This document shows, one piece after another, positions 19,809-28,648 of a DNA stretch of 64,000 nucleotides. The position numbers were made by a program, and so were the translations under genes. This stretch comes from Agathobacter sp. (GTDB taxonomy: Bacteria; Bacillota; Clostridia; Lachnospirales; Lachnospiraceae): the NCBI GenBank assembly GCA_022767075.1, contig JALEPP010000050.1, positions 120-64,119 of the forward strand. The letters are read 5' to 3'. The notes under the pieces were generated by a model that searched no databases, was not told the DNA's origin, and saw only the letters and a list, made by a program, of their open reading frames with translations. Numbering within the stretch: the stretch's first letter is position 1; each line of letters begins with the position of its first letter.

Positions 19809-20855
19809 ATGAAGAAAAAAAGCACAAAAAAAACACTTCTTGGAATAGTAATCAGTCTTTGCATCATATTGTTAGTCGTCGGATTATTTTTGTTTCACCG
19901 TTTTGTTGGAAAGACAAAAATGAATGATGACTTCGTAAACGGAAATAGTGGCGGAAACCTCTACAACGCCGGTCTATTCTGCGAGTATGACGGTACTCTC
20001 TATTTCTCCAATCCCGACGACAACGGAAGGCTTTATGCAATGGATATGAATGGAGATAATCTTCGTAAGCTGTGTAATGACAAAGTCATGTACATTAATG
20101 CAGACGAAAACTACCTCTACTATGTACGTAATAACTCTGTACAAAACGCCAGTGAAGACTATCCTTATTTTGCCTACAACAATAACAGCTTGTGCCGAAT
20201 TGATCACGATGGGCAGAACACGAAAATCCTGGATCGGGATCCTTGTATCTATGCTTCGCTATCCGGAAACTACCTCTACTACCTTCACTATGATACGGAA
20301 ACTGCCACCACCCTATATCGGGTATGCATTGACGGAAGCGAAAAGGAGCAGGTATTGCCTTATTACATTTTTACCTGCTGTATGGTGGGTCCAAAGTTTT
20401 ATTATAATAATCCAAATGATGGCAGCCTATACAGCTTTGATACAAGAAATCACACATCGACTCAGGTTCTCGCCTGCAATTGTTATCGCCCGATTACTAC
20501 AGACGGAACAAACTTCATCTACCAAAATGTGGAGGATAACTTTACCCTTACCAGTCAAAACACAATCTCCCAGGACCCCCTTACATTGGGTAGTGATTCC
20601 GCCGACGTTTTTACTGTAGCAGGAGATAAAATTTTTTATCAGAAATTCGATGAAGAGCAACCGGGATTGTACTCTATGAACCTGGATGGATCAAATGTTA
20701 CGAAAATTGCTCCCGGCACCTACAGCAATTTACACACCACATCAAAGGCTCTCTACTTTAAAGAGTATTTCACCGGAGAATTCCATTATGTAAGCCTTTC
20801 AAATCCTACTGAGGTCAAGCTCTTTCATCCGGGAAAGCTGGAAGACAAAAAATGA
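19809..20855 (+). CDS. Membrane-anchored DUF5050-type beta-propeller protein
   Basis: N-terminal TM; GNSGGNLYNAGLFCE; repeated LY(x)M(D/N)xDGS-like blades. Confidence 0.75.
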   Translation: MKKKSTKKTLLGIVISLCIILLVVGLFLFHRFVGKTKMNDDFVNGNSGGNLYNAGLFCEYDGTLYFSNPDDNGRLYAMDMNGDNLRKLCNDKVMYINADENYLYYVRNNSVQNASEDYPYFAYNNNSLCRIDHDGQNTKILDRDPCIYASLSGNYLYYLHYDTETATTLYRVCIDGSEKEQVLPYYIFTCCMVGPKFYYNNPNDGSLYSFDTRNHTSTQVLACNCYRPITTDGTNFIYQNVEDNFTLTSQNTISQDPLTLGSDSADVFTVAGDKIFYQKFDEEQPGLYSMNLDGSNVTKIAPGTYSNLHTTSKALYFKEYFTGEFHYVSLSNPTEVKLFHPGKLEDKK

Positions 20856-20904
20856 TTCCCCATCCCCGGAGAGCTTTTCGTTTGACAGGAATTTCCCATC
20901 ACAC

Positions 20905-20940
20905 AAAAAAACTGCGGCACTACTAGTGCCGCAGCCAAAA
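20905..20940 (-). terminator. Intrinsic terminator downstream of the GH3 gene
   Basis: CTGCGGCAC...GTGCCGCAG stem followed by a 7-nt U-run on the minus strand. Confidence 0.8.
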
Positions 20941-20966
20941 ACGAATGGGAGTCCGTTATTTGTCTT

Positions 20967-23078
20967 TTAACTGATTGTAAGTTCCTTTCCCTTTGTTCCA
21001 AGCAACTCACTGGTTCGTGCATCCGGTTGGCCAAAACCGAAATACAACTGAGCCTGTGTTCCTTTCTTGCTTCTTTCCCCATTTTCATCAACGGTTTCAA
21101 AAGCCTTATACGGAATTTTTATAGTTAACCGGAACTTATCCCCAGCTAAAAGTTGAATTCTCTCAAAGGCAACTAATCTTGGATTAACCACTTCATCCTC
21201 AGTTCCCTCTACATGAAGATATACCTGTAGTACGTCTTCTAAATCTATATTGCTATCATTGTGTCCAGTAATCGCAACAGACACCTCCTTAGGAAGTGAA
21301 TCCCACGAAACCGGTTCACAAAACTCTACCGAATCCACACAGGTCTTTCCATAAGTAAGTCCATATCCAAATGGATATAGTGGCGCTTTCTTAAGAAAAC
21401 GATAGGTACGGTTCTCCATAGAGTAATCCGTAAAGTCCGGACAACCCTCCAGATCTCTGTAAATCGTAATCGGAAGCTTGCCTGATGGAGAGACATCACC
21501 AAATAGAATCTCCGCAAAATCAGCTCCGCCTCTTGCTCCCGGATACCATACCTGGAAAATACCATTACAGCCCTCACTCGCATCATTAAGATTCATGGCA
21601 GAACCAGCCATGACACAAAGTACAATTGGTTTTCCGGTCTCCATCAATGCATTTAAAAGATGTCTCTGAGATTCCGGGAATAACAAATCATCCTTGTCTC
21701 CAGAGAAATAAGCGTTGCCCTGATCGCCTTCTTCTCCCTCTAAGGTCTCATCTAATCCTAAGCAAAGAATCACAACATCCGAATGTTCTGCCACAGTAAG
21801 CGCTTCCGAGATACGGTCATCCTTTTTCGCAAGTGGTTCTTCTCGGTCTGCTGATAAATGGCAACCCAATGAATATAATACACGCACATCGTCCCCCACA
21901 TAATCCTGAATTCCTTCCAGGATTGTGATGTATCTGGAGGATGTGCCATGATAATTGCCCATAAGTGCAGCTCGACTGTCTGCATTCGGTCCGATCACAC
22001 CAATGGTAGAAAGCTTCTCCTTCTTCAAAGGAAGAATACCATCATTCTTCAACAGTACAAAGCTTTCTTTTGCTGCCCTGGATGCCAATGCAAGGTGCTC
22101 CTTACATTCTACGACCTTGTAATCAATGGAATCAAACTCGGTCTCTTCTGACAGACCAAGCCTATATCTGGTAGTAAACAGATTCACTGCTGCTCTTCGA
22201 ATATGTTCTTCCGGTATCTGTCCATAATCGTACGCATCCATAATGTGCTGGTAGGTACATCCACAGTTCAAGTCGCAGCCCTTTTCCAAAGCCAAAGCAG
22301 CACTTTCCTCGATAGTCTTCGTAACCTTGTGATGCTCATGGAAGTCTAACACAGCCCAACAATCTGAGACAAAATGTCCTTTAAATGCCCATTTTCCCCG
22401 GAGTACATCCTGCATCAAATAGGAGTGTCCACAGCATGGTTCCCCGTTGGTACGGTTGTATGCCCCCATTACAGACTCTACATCAGCTTCCTTTACTGCC
22501 GCTTCAAATGCCGGCAAATAGGTTCTCCACATCTCCTGAAGATTGGTCTTGGCGTCAAAATGATGTCTTTCAGCCTCCGGTCCCGAATGTACCGCAAAAT
22601 GCTTCGCGCAGGCAGCAATCTTCATATGGTCTGAATCCCCCTGAAGTCCTTCAATAAAATTCACACCAAGTCTTGAAATAAGCTCCGGATCCTCTCCGTA
22701 GGTCTCATGACCTCGTCCCCATCTGGGATCGCGAAAAAGATTAAGATTCGGTGACCAATAGGTTAATCCCTTGTATATGTCTCTATCTCCGTGCTTTACG
22801 GATTCGTTGTATTTGGCACGTGCCTCTGTGGCAATGGTACTACCAATCTCTTTTAATAATTCTTTGTCAAATGTTGCTCCCAAGCCAATAGCCTGTGGAA
22901 ACACGGTGGCTGTACCTGCTCTTGCTACTCCATGTAAGCCTTCACTCCACCAGTTATATTCCGGAATACCAAGTCTGGGAATTGCAGGTGCATCAAAGCG
23001 GAGCTGAGAAGCCGCTTCCTCTATAGTCATCTGGGCAACTAATGCCTTTGCCTTTTCTCTTGCCTGTTCTCTTGTCAT
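20967..23078 (-). CDS. Glycoside hydrolase family 3 (beta-xylosidase/beta-glucosidase), cytoplasmic
   Basis: WWSEGLHGV, RDPRWGRGHETYGEDP, KHFA, VSDCWA nucleophile, LYPFGYGLTY; no signal peptide. Confidence 0.95.
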   Translation of the reverse strand: MTREQAREKAKALVAQMTIEEAASQLRFDAPAIPRLGIPEYNWWSEGLHGVARAGTATVFPQAIGLGATFDKELLKEIGSTIATEARAKYNESVKHGDRDIYKGLTYWSPNLNLFRDPRWGRGHETYGEDPELISRLGVNFIEGLQGDSDHMKIAACAKHFAVHSGPEAERHHFDAKTNLQEMWRTYLPAFEAAVKEADVESVMGAYNRTNGEPCCGHSYLMQDVLRGKWAFKGHFVSDCWAVLDFHEHHKVTKTIEESAALALEKGCDLNCGCTYQHIMDAYDYGQIPEEHIRRAAVNLFTTRYRLGLSEETEFDSIDYKVVECKEHLALASRAAKESFVLLKNDGILPLKKEKLSTIGVIGPNADSRAALMGNYHGTSSRYITILEGIQDYVGDDVRVLYSLGCHLSADREEPLAKKDDRISEALTVAEHSDVVILCLGLDETLEGEEGDQGNAYFSGDKDDLLFPESQRHLLNALMETGKPIVLCVMAGSAMNLNDASEGCNGIFQVWYPGARGGADFAEILFGDVSPSGKLPITIYRDLEGCPDFTDYSMENRTYRFLKKAPLYPFGYGLTYGKTCVDSVEFCEPVSWDSLPKEVSVAITGHNDSNIDLEDVLQVYLHVEGTEDEVVNPRLVAFERIQLLAGDKFRLTIKIPYKAFETVDENGERSKKGTQAQLYFGFGQPDARTSELLGTKGKELTIS

Positions 23079-23120
23079 AGTCTCCTATCCCAACCTTTCC
23101 TACTATTATTTATCAATAAT

Positions 23121-23218
23121 ATTGTAATTCGAAAACGGTTTCGTAGCATTCCGTTTGTTGCGAAAAGAACCAATACTATTTTACAAATATTGCTATTTAG
23201 AAGAGAAAGAATTATAAT
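23121..23218. promoter_or_regulatory. Divergent GH3/araC promoters with candidate operators
   Basis: Plus strand TTGCTA(23190)-17bp-TATAAT(23213); minus strand ATGCTA-17bp-TACAAT(23121-23126); near-palindrome CGAAAACGGTTTCG at 23130-23143. Confidence 0.6.
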
Positions 23219-23255
23219 TGCATAAGGAGAAAGAGAACTAGTAAAGGAGGAACCT

Positions 23256-24254
23256 ATGAACAAAAAAAATCCGCAGATTCCTGCACAGTATCGTCAGCCT
23301 CCTTCTGAGGATGACAAACGCCATTTCTTAGAAGAAAATTTTGAATTAATACACTATATCAAGGATACTCATGTGCGTTTTTGGTATAACAATCAATTGG
23401 AAGGGTATGCTACTCACCATCACGATGCCATGGAAATCATCCTATGTATTGATCAGGTCTATGATCTGACGGTATCCGGAAAGGACTACCATCTGTCTCC
23501 CGGGGAGATACTCTTTATCCCTCCTCATACCATACATACCATACACGATCCTTCCGGCGGAGCAAGATTCATATGCCTAATGGATATCTCCATGTTGAAC
23601 TATTTTGCATCGGTCAGTACTCTTAATCCAATCTTTATGGAACCGTACTATTGCACTCCTGTAACAAAGCCTAAGGTATATCAAGAGGTCTACAAAAATA
23701 TCAATCACGCCATCGATCTCTATTTCCAAAATCAGATTTTGTCGGAAATGGATATCTACGCGGTTATGTTAAAAACCTTCACTGCCATGACAAGAGACTT
23801 CTATACCAAGGATGAACTCCTTACCAATCCGGAGGAAAGCCAGACCTCAAGAGAGCACTATGAAAAAATCATGGGCTTACTTCACTATATTGACGAAAAC
23901 TATAGCGAAGAGATTACGCTGGAGCAGGCTGCGGATCTGACCGGCTTCTCCAAATATCATTTTTCAAGACTATTCAAAGAACAGACCAATACTACCTTCT
24001 ATGAATATTTGATCAAGAGAAGAATTCAGGAGGCACAGATTCTTCTCTATACAGATGAATCTATTACAGATATTGCATTTGAGACCGGGTTCAATAACCT
24101 TACCACGTTTTGTCGAAGCTTCAAAAAGAACACCGGCATGTCCCCTTCTGATTATCGATTGCAATTTCGAAATGAAAAGGAAGAGCTGTCCAAGAAAAGA
24201 AAAAACAATAGACATAAAGACGATCTGGCACGAACAAAAGCTCCACTCAATTAA
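23256..24254 (+). CDS. AraC-family transcriptional regulator
   Basis: Cupin HHHDAMEI...LFIPPHTIH; HTH ITLEQAADLTGFSKYHFSRLFK, IAFETGFNNLTTFCRSFKK. Confidence 0.95.
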   Translation: MNKKNPQIPAQYRQPPSEDDKRHFLEENFELIHYIKDTHVRFWYNNQLEGYATHHHDAMEIILCIDQVYDLTVSGKDYHLSPGEILFIPPHTIHTIHDPSGGARFICLMDISMLNYFASVSTLNPIFMEPYYCTPVTKPKVYQEVYKNINHAIDLYFQNQILSEMDIYAVMLKTFTAMTRDFYTKDELLTNPEESQTSREHYEKIMGLLHYIDENYSEEITLEQAADLTGFSKYHFSRLFKEQTNTTFYEYLIKRRIQEAQILLYTDESITDIAFETGFNNLTTFCRSFKKNTGMSPSDYRLQFRNEKEELSKKRKNNRHKDDLARTKAPLN

Positions 24255-24270
24255 GAGTGGAGCTTTTGTT
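24233..24270. terminator. Bidirectional terminator overlapping the araC stop codon
   Basis: AACAAAAGCTCCACTC-6nt-GAGTGGAGCTTTTGTT perfect 16-bp inverted repeat. Confidence 0.85.
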
Positions 24271-24304
24271 TATATACTTATTAATACTTCCCCAAATTAT
24301 GTGT

Positions 24305-25147
24305 TTAGCCCTTTACGGAACCGAGTGCCACACCTGCGATAATGTACTTAGAAAGCAGTAAGTACACAATAATGAGTGGTAATACTGTCAGTAAAAGTCC
24401 AAGATAAATAGAACCATACTCTGTCTTATAGATATCACCTCTTAAAAGGCTGACCATGATAGGCATGGTGTAATTCTTCTGATCTGTCAAAAGAATCAAT
24501 GGCATAAACAGGTTATTCCATGAATTAACGAAACTGAAAATTGCCTGAGTTGCGATGGCAGGTTTCATGATTGGAAGAGCAATCTTGTTAAAGATATAAA
24601 ACTCTTTAGCTCCATCAATTCGCGCCGACTGAATAATCTCCATAGAAAGCGATGGATACATATACTGTCTCATAAAGAACACCATAGAAGGTGCTGCAAT
24701 TGCAGGTAAAATCAGCATTAAAAGGTTGTTTGTCATATGAACCTTGTATACCATCTGATAAAATCCGATGGTTGTAACCTGTGCCGGAATCATCATAATT
24801 CCCATAATGAAACGGAAAAATGGTCTCTTCAGCTTCCAGTCATATACAACCAGAGCATACGCAGTCAGAGTTGAAAAATATACAGACAAACCAGTTGCAA
24901 ACACTGAGATAATCAGTGAGTTCTTGAAACCTACAAGAGGGTTAAAGCTCTTACCTAACAAGATCTGTAAGTTACTCTTTAAATAGGTTGATGGTAAAAA
25001 TGAAATTGCATGCTGCTGAATCTCATAAGTAGAACGTGTAGCATTCATCAACATAATCCAAAATGGAGCTAAACTCATAATGGCCAAGAGGACTAACACG
25101 ATATACATGATCACTTTAAAAACGACACTAGACTCTCTATTTCTCAT
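24305..25147 (-). CDS. Carbohydrate ABC transporter permease (MalG-type)
   Basis: EIIQSARIDGA EAA loop, WNNLFMPLI, hydrophobic segments. Confidence 0.95.
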   Translation of the reverse strand: MRNRESSVVFKVIMYIVLVLLAIMSLAPFWIMLMNATRSTYEIQQHAISFLPSTYLKSNLQILLGKSFNPLVGFKNSLIISVFATGLSVYFSTLTAYALVVYDWKLKRPFFRFIMGIMMIPAQVTTIGFYQMVYKVHMTNNLLMLILPAIAAPSMVFFMRQYMYPSLSMEIIQSARIDGAKEFYIFNKIALPIMKPAIATQAIFSFVNSWNNLFMPLILLTDQKNYTMPIMVSLLRGDIYKTEYGSIYLGLLLTVLPLIIVYLLLSKYIIAGVALGSVKG

Positions 25148-25149
25148 GC

Positions 25150-26136
25150 CTATACCTCCTTGCCAGCTTTTTTCAGAGCCTTCTGCTCTGCTTTGAATTT
25201 CTTGATACGAGCTTTCTCGATCTTATATGCTTCCTCTTCATCCTTATCTCTTAAGAAGAAGAACATGATTGCAGAGATAATAAGAATGATTACGAACATA
25301 ATCATACTTGCTGCTGCAGCCTTGTTGTACATGTAGCTTCCGCTAAATGCCTGGTTGTAAATAAATACGTTGGTTGTCAATGTCGCATTGTCCGGTCCTC
25401 CAAGCATGAAAAGCTTTGGAATATCGAACATGTTCAAACCACCAATTACAGATGTAACTAATGTAAATAATAAGATAGTTTTGATATTTGGTAATGTAAT
25501 CATAAAGAAGGTCTGCCAACCATTGGCTCCATCCACCTCTGCAGCTTCAAAAATCTCCGGGCTGATACCAAGAATACCTGAAATAAGGATAATCATGGTA
25601 TATCCATACCACATCCAGAACTGAATGAAAGCAACAATTGCACGGCTGACGTTCTTGTTGATCAAAAAGTTGATTGGACCGTCTGCCAGTCCCAGAGTCA
25701 TAACCACATCATTGGCCGGACTCATTGGATAGTCAAACATAGCCTTGAACAAAATCGCAATTGTAGCTGCGGTAATGATATTTGGCATATAGAATACAAC
25801 TTTAAAGAAGCCCTCTCCCTTAATCTTGTGACGTGTGCTTGTAAACCAAGCTGCCAGGAGTAAGGCAAGTAAAATCTGTGGTATAAAGTTCGCAATCCAA
25901 ATGATTACCGTATTCTTCAATGCTGTCTGAAACGTAGGCGCTGTTAAAACGTCCTTAAAATTTTTCAGAGGATCTGCTAAAATATGTACTTCATTTTGGA
26001 ACAATCCCTGCAAATCCGTAAATCCAATTACAGCTGTATATAAAATTGGATACAACGAGAAAACGAGAAATGCTGCTACAAATGGAATACTGAAAATGTA
26101 ACCCCATTTTGCATAACTATTTTTCTTCTTTCCCAT
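25150..26136 (-). CDS. Carbohydrate ABC transporter permease (MalF-type)
   Basis: EIFEAAEVDGANGWQTFFMITLP EAA loop; probable ATG at 26136. Confidence 0.95.
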   Translation of the reverse strand: MGKKKNSYAKWGYIFSIPFVAAFLVFSLYPILYTAVIGFTDLQGLFQNEVHILADPLKNFKDVLTAPTFQTALKNTVIIWIANFIPQILLALLLAAWFTSTRHKIKGEGFFKVVFYMPNIITAATIAILFKAMFDYPMSPANDVVMTLGLADGPINFLINKNVSRAIVAFIQFWMWYGYTMIILISGILGISPEIFEAAEVDGANGWQTFFMITLPNIKTILLFTLVTSVIGGLNMFDIPKLFMLGGPDNATLTTNVFIYNQAFSGSYMYNKAAAASMIMFVIILIISAIMFFFLRDKDEEEAYKIEKARIKKFKAEQKALKKAGKEV

Positions 26137-26259
26137 AGGTTTCCACCTCATCTTTCATTTTCATGGGGAAGCTTACTATCTTCCATTACTAAATTTCCTA
26201 TTGGAATTCAATCAATTCCATATCTCGACCATTTCGAGGATTACACATACACGAAATAT

Positions 26260-26285
26260 AGGGCCGTGACCTAAGTCACGGCCCT
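26260..26285. other. Strong stem-loop just downstream of the solute-binding protein gene
   Basis: AGGGCCGTGAC-CTAA-GTCACGGCCCT. Confidence 0.75.
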
Positions 26286-26297
26286 TCAAATACTTCA

Positions 26298-27716
26298 TTA
26301 CTCAACTTCTACGCTAAGATTATCTTTTACATCCTGTTTGAAATCTTTAAGAGCTGCGTCACGGTCTTTCTCACCAGCTGCGTATGAACGTACCTGATCA
26401 CGCCATTTCTGGTTGATGGTCTCGTCAAACTGAGTTAAGTTCTTACCATTTGCATACTGGTTAGCTGGCACGAATGCATCAAACATGTTCTGTCCGCCTA
26501 AGAATTCAAGTTCTCCGTTAGACATTTTCATAACTGTTCCAGATGCTACAGAGTCTTTGGTTCCTCCCTCTCCGTAAAGAGTTCCGTTAGCCCATTTGTA
26601 CTGTAATCCATCCTCTGTGCAATCAAGTGTGATCCACTCGATAAGTTTTCCAACAGCTTCTTTCTTGTCAGAGTTGGTGTTGGCAAGTATCCAGGTACCG
26701 CCCCAGAAGAATCCGATTGGAGATGGACATACTGCCCAGTCACCGTAGGTTCCTTCACCAACTTTTTCTCCGCCACAGTTAGGAGCAAGTGTATAGTTAA
26801 TTAACCAAGCAGGTCCGAAGAATCCGAATACCTTTTTAGCACCAGCATCCTTCATATCTGCAAACCAAGCATCCTGCCAGTCCTGAGTGATGTTAGAATA
26901 TCCTTCATCAGTAAGCTTCTTAGAGATATCTAAGAATGCTTCACGCTTAGGATCAATTGTAAGCTTGTTGTCTACGATCCAACCCTTATCAGAGCTGTTC
27001 TCGATAGCATGCCACATATCTCCGTCACCAGATACGATTGCGTAATCTTTTGCCTTTAACTCATCAGCTGCAGCAAAGAATTTGTCCCAGCTTCCTGAAC
27101 CAGCACCGATTTTCTCGCCGATTACTTCCGGATCATCTGTTCCGAATACATCCTTTGCAATGCTTCTTCTGTAGATGAAAGCACCACCGGTTGCCTGATA
27201 TCCAAGTCCTACAACATCTCCGTTGCCATTGGTTCCGATATCAACAGAATACTGAGCGATCTCTGCTTCCTTAATCTTAGCATCAACATCGATTCCAAGA
27301 TCTTTGTATGGAGCTGCAAATCCGGATGCATCACCCTGTGTATATTTCAAAACGAATGCAGCCTCTGCACAATACATATCAGGTGCATCTGCTCCTCCGC
27401 TCTGTAAAGCCTGGTCAAGTGCAGGCTGATATGCGCCATCTGTTGTAGATACGATAGTGGTATTAACTGTGTAACCAAAATCAGGATGCTCCTCGATGTA
27501 TTTCTCAACCATCTTTGGAACCTCATCTGTGAATGAGTACAGATTAATGGTAGTTGCAGGATCAGATTTCTTTCCCTCATCTGTTGCTGCATTACCGCCA
27601 GCTGCCTCTGTGCCGCCTGCGTTAGCAGCACCACCGTTGTCGCTTCCACCGCATCCTGCAAACATGGTAGCTACCATTGCAGAGCAAAGTAACAAGCTAA
27701 TTACTCTTTTTTTCAT
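26298..27716 (-). CDS. Carbohydrate ABC transporter solute-binding lipoprotein
   Basis: Signal peptide with lipobox FAGC, Gly/Ala linker, APDMY, FIYRRSIAK, FFWGGTW. Confidence 0.93.
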   Translation of the reverse strand: MKKRVISLLLCSAMVATMFAGCGGSDNGGAANAGGTEAAGGNAATDEGKKSDPATTINLYSFTDEVPKMVEKYIEEHPDFGYTVNTTIVSTTDGAYQPALDQALQSGGADAPDMYCAEAAFVLKYTQGDASGFAAPYKDLGIDVDAKIKEAEIAQYSVDIGTNGNGDVVGLGYQATGGAFIYRRSIAKDVFGTDDPEVIGEKIGAGSGSWDKFFAAADELKAKDYAIVSGDGDMWHAIENSSDKGWIVDNKLTIDPKREAFLDISKKLTDEGYSNITQDWQDAWFADMKDAGAKKVFGFFGPAWLINYTLAPNCGGEKVGEGTYGDWAVCPSPIGFFWGGTWILANTNSDKKEAVGKLIEWITLDCTEDGLQYKWANGTLYGEGGTKDSVASGTVMKMSNGELEFLGGQNMFDAFVPANQYANGKNLTQFDETINQKWRDQVRSYAAGEKDRDAALKDFKQDVKDNLSVEVE

Positions 27717-27788
27717 TTTGTTTCCTCCCTTTACAAAAATACTTTATGTACCAGGCTCATCCCTATATGATGCCCTTGACATACTTTT

Positions 27789-27850
27789 ATTATAATCGTT
27801 TCGAAAACGATTACTTTACAAATATTGCTCTTTTTGTTTCACATCTTGCT
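27789..27850 (-). promoter_or_regulatory. ABC operon promoter with palindrome and 21-bp-spaced direct repeat
   Basis: -10 TATAAT at 27789-27794 with poor -35; TAATCGTTT-CGA-AAACGATTA at 27793-27813; AAATATTGCT(27820)/ACATCTTGCT(27841). Confidence 0.6.
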
Positions 27851-27988
27851 ATAGTGTCACAAATCATTTTATATCTGAAGGTTTTTCTATAAGATTTGCA
27901 CAAAAAACGAAATAGTTTCTTGACATATTTACTTAAACAATAGATGATATTAAATAGAAATAAAAAGTTGGAGGTTAATTATACTAGT

Positions 27989-28639
27989 ATGGACAAAATA
28001 TTTCATCCGGACAATCCCGTTATGAGGTTCTTAACCTGGTTCTGCAATATGATGTATATCAACATTCTTTTTATCCTGACCAGCATTCCGATTATTACCA
28101 TAGGAGCATCCCTGTCAGGAATGTATACCTGCTGTATGAAGCTTATTCGCGGCGAGGAATCTTATATATGGAAGGATTTCTTTAAAGCCTTTAAGGAGAA
28201 CTTTAAGCAGGCTACCCTGTTATGGTTAGTGGCACTCATCCTTTGTGGCATATGGTTTGGCAATCTCTATATTCTATTTCATATGCTGGGCGGTAATATG
28301 GTATACCTTCAGATTCCGATTTGGATTCTTTTGTTTATTACCTTCTCGATCCTGCTGTATGCATTTCCTCTGCTGTCACAATATGAAAACAGCACCAAGC
28401 AGCTGGTGAAAAATGCAATCCTCCTTGCCATTGCAAACTTTCCAACTACCTTGATGCTTTTGGTCATTCATTTGATTCCGGTATTCTATTGTGCATTCTC
28501 CCTGGAAAATGTCATTCGTGCAGCCAGTGTCCTTTGCTTCTTTGGTTTTGCACTCATTGCCTTTGTCTCAAGCTTCTTTATCAATCATATCCTGAAAAAG
28601 CTTGAGGACGATAAAGACGAAGCCTTTTCTCAAAAATAG
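27989..28639 (+). CDS. YesL/DUF624-family membrane protein
   Basis: NILFILTSIPIITIGAS, DFFKAFKENFKQAT, KNAILLAI; GGAGG upstream of ATG at 27989. Confidence 0.88.
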   Translation: MDKIFHPDNPVMRFLTWFCNMMYINILFILTSIPIITIGASLSGMYTCCMKLIRGEESYIWKDFFKAFKENFKQATLLWLVALILCGIWFGNLYILFHMLGGNMVYLQIPIWILLFITFSILLYAFPLLSQYENSTKQLVKNAILLAIANFPTTLMLLVIHLIPVFYCAFSLENVIRAASVLCFFGFALIAFVSSFFINHILKKLEDDKDEAFSQK

Positions 28640-28648
28640 AGTCACGTG

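Noticed and set aside
20050-20619. 189-aa alternative-frame ORF inside the DUF5050 gene
   Set aside because: Fully nested on the same strand, with no recognisable motif or convincing RBS.
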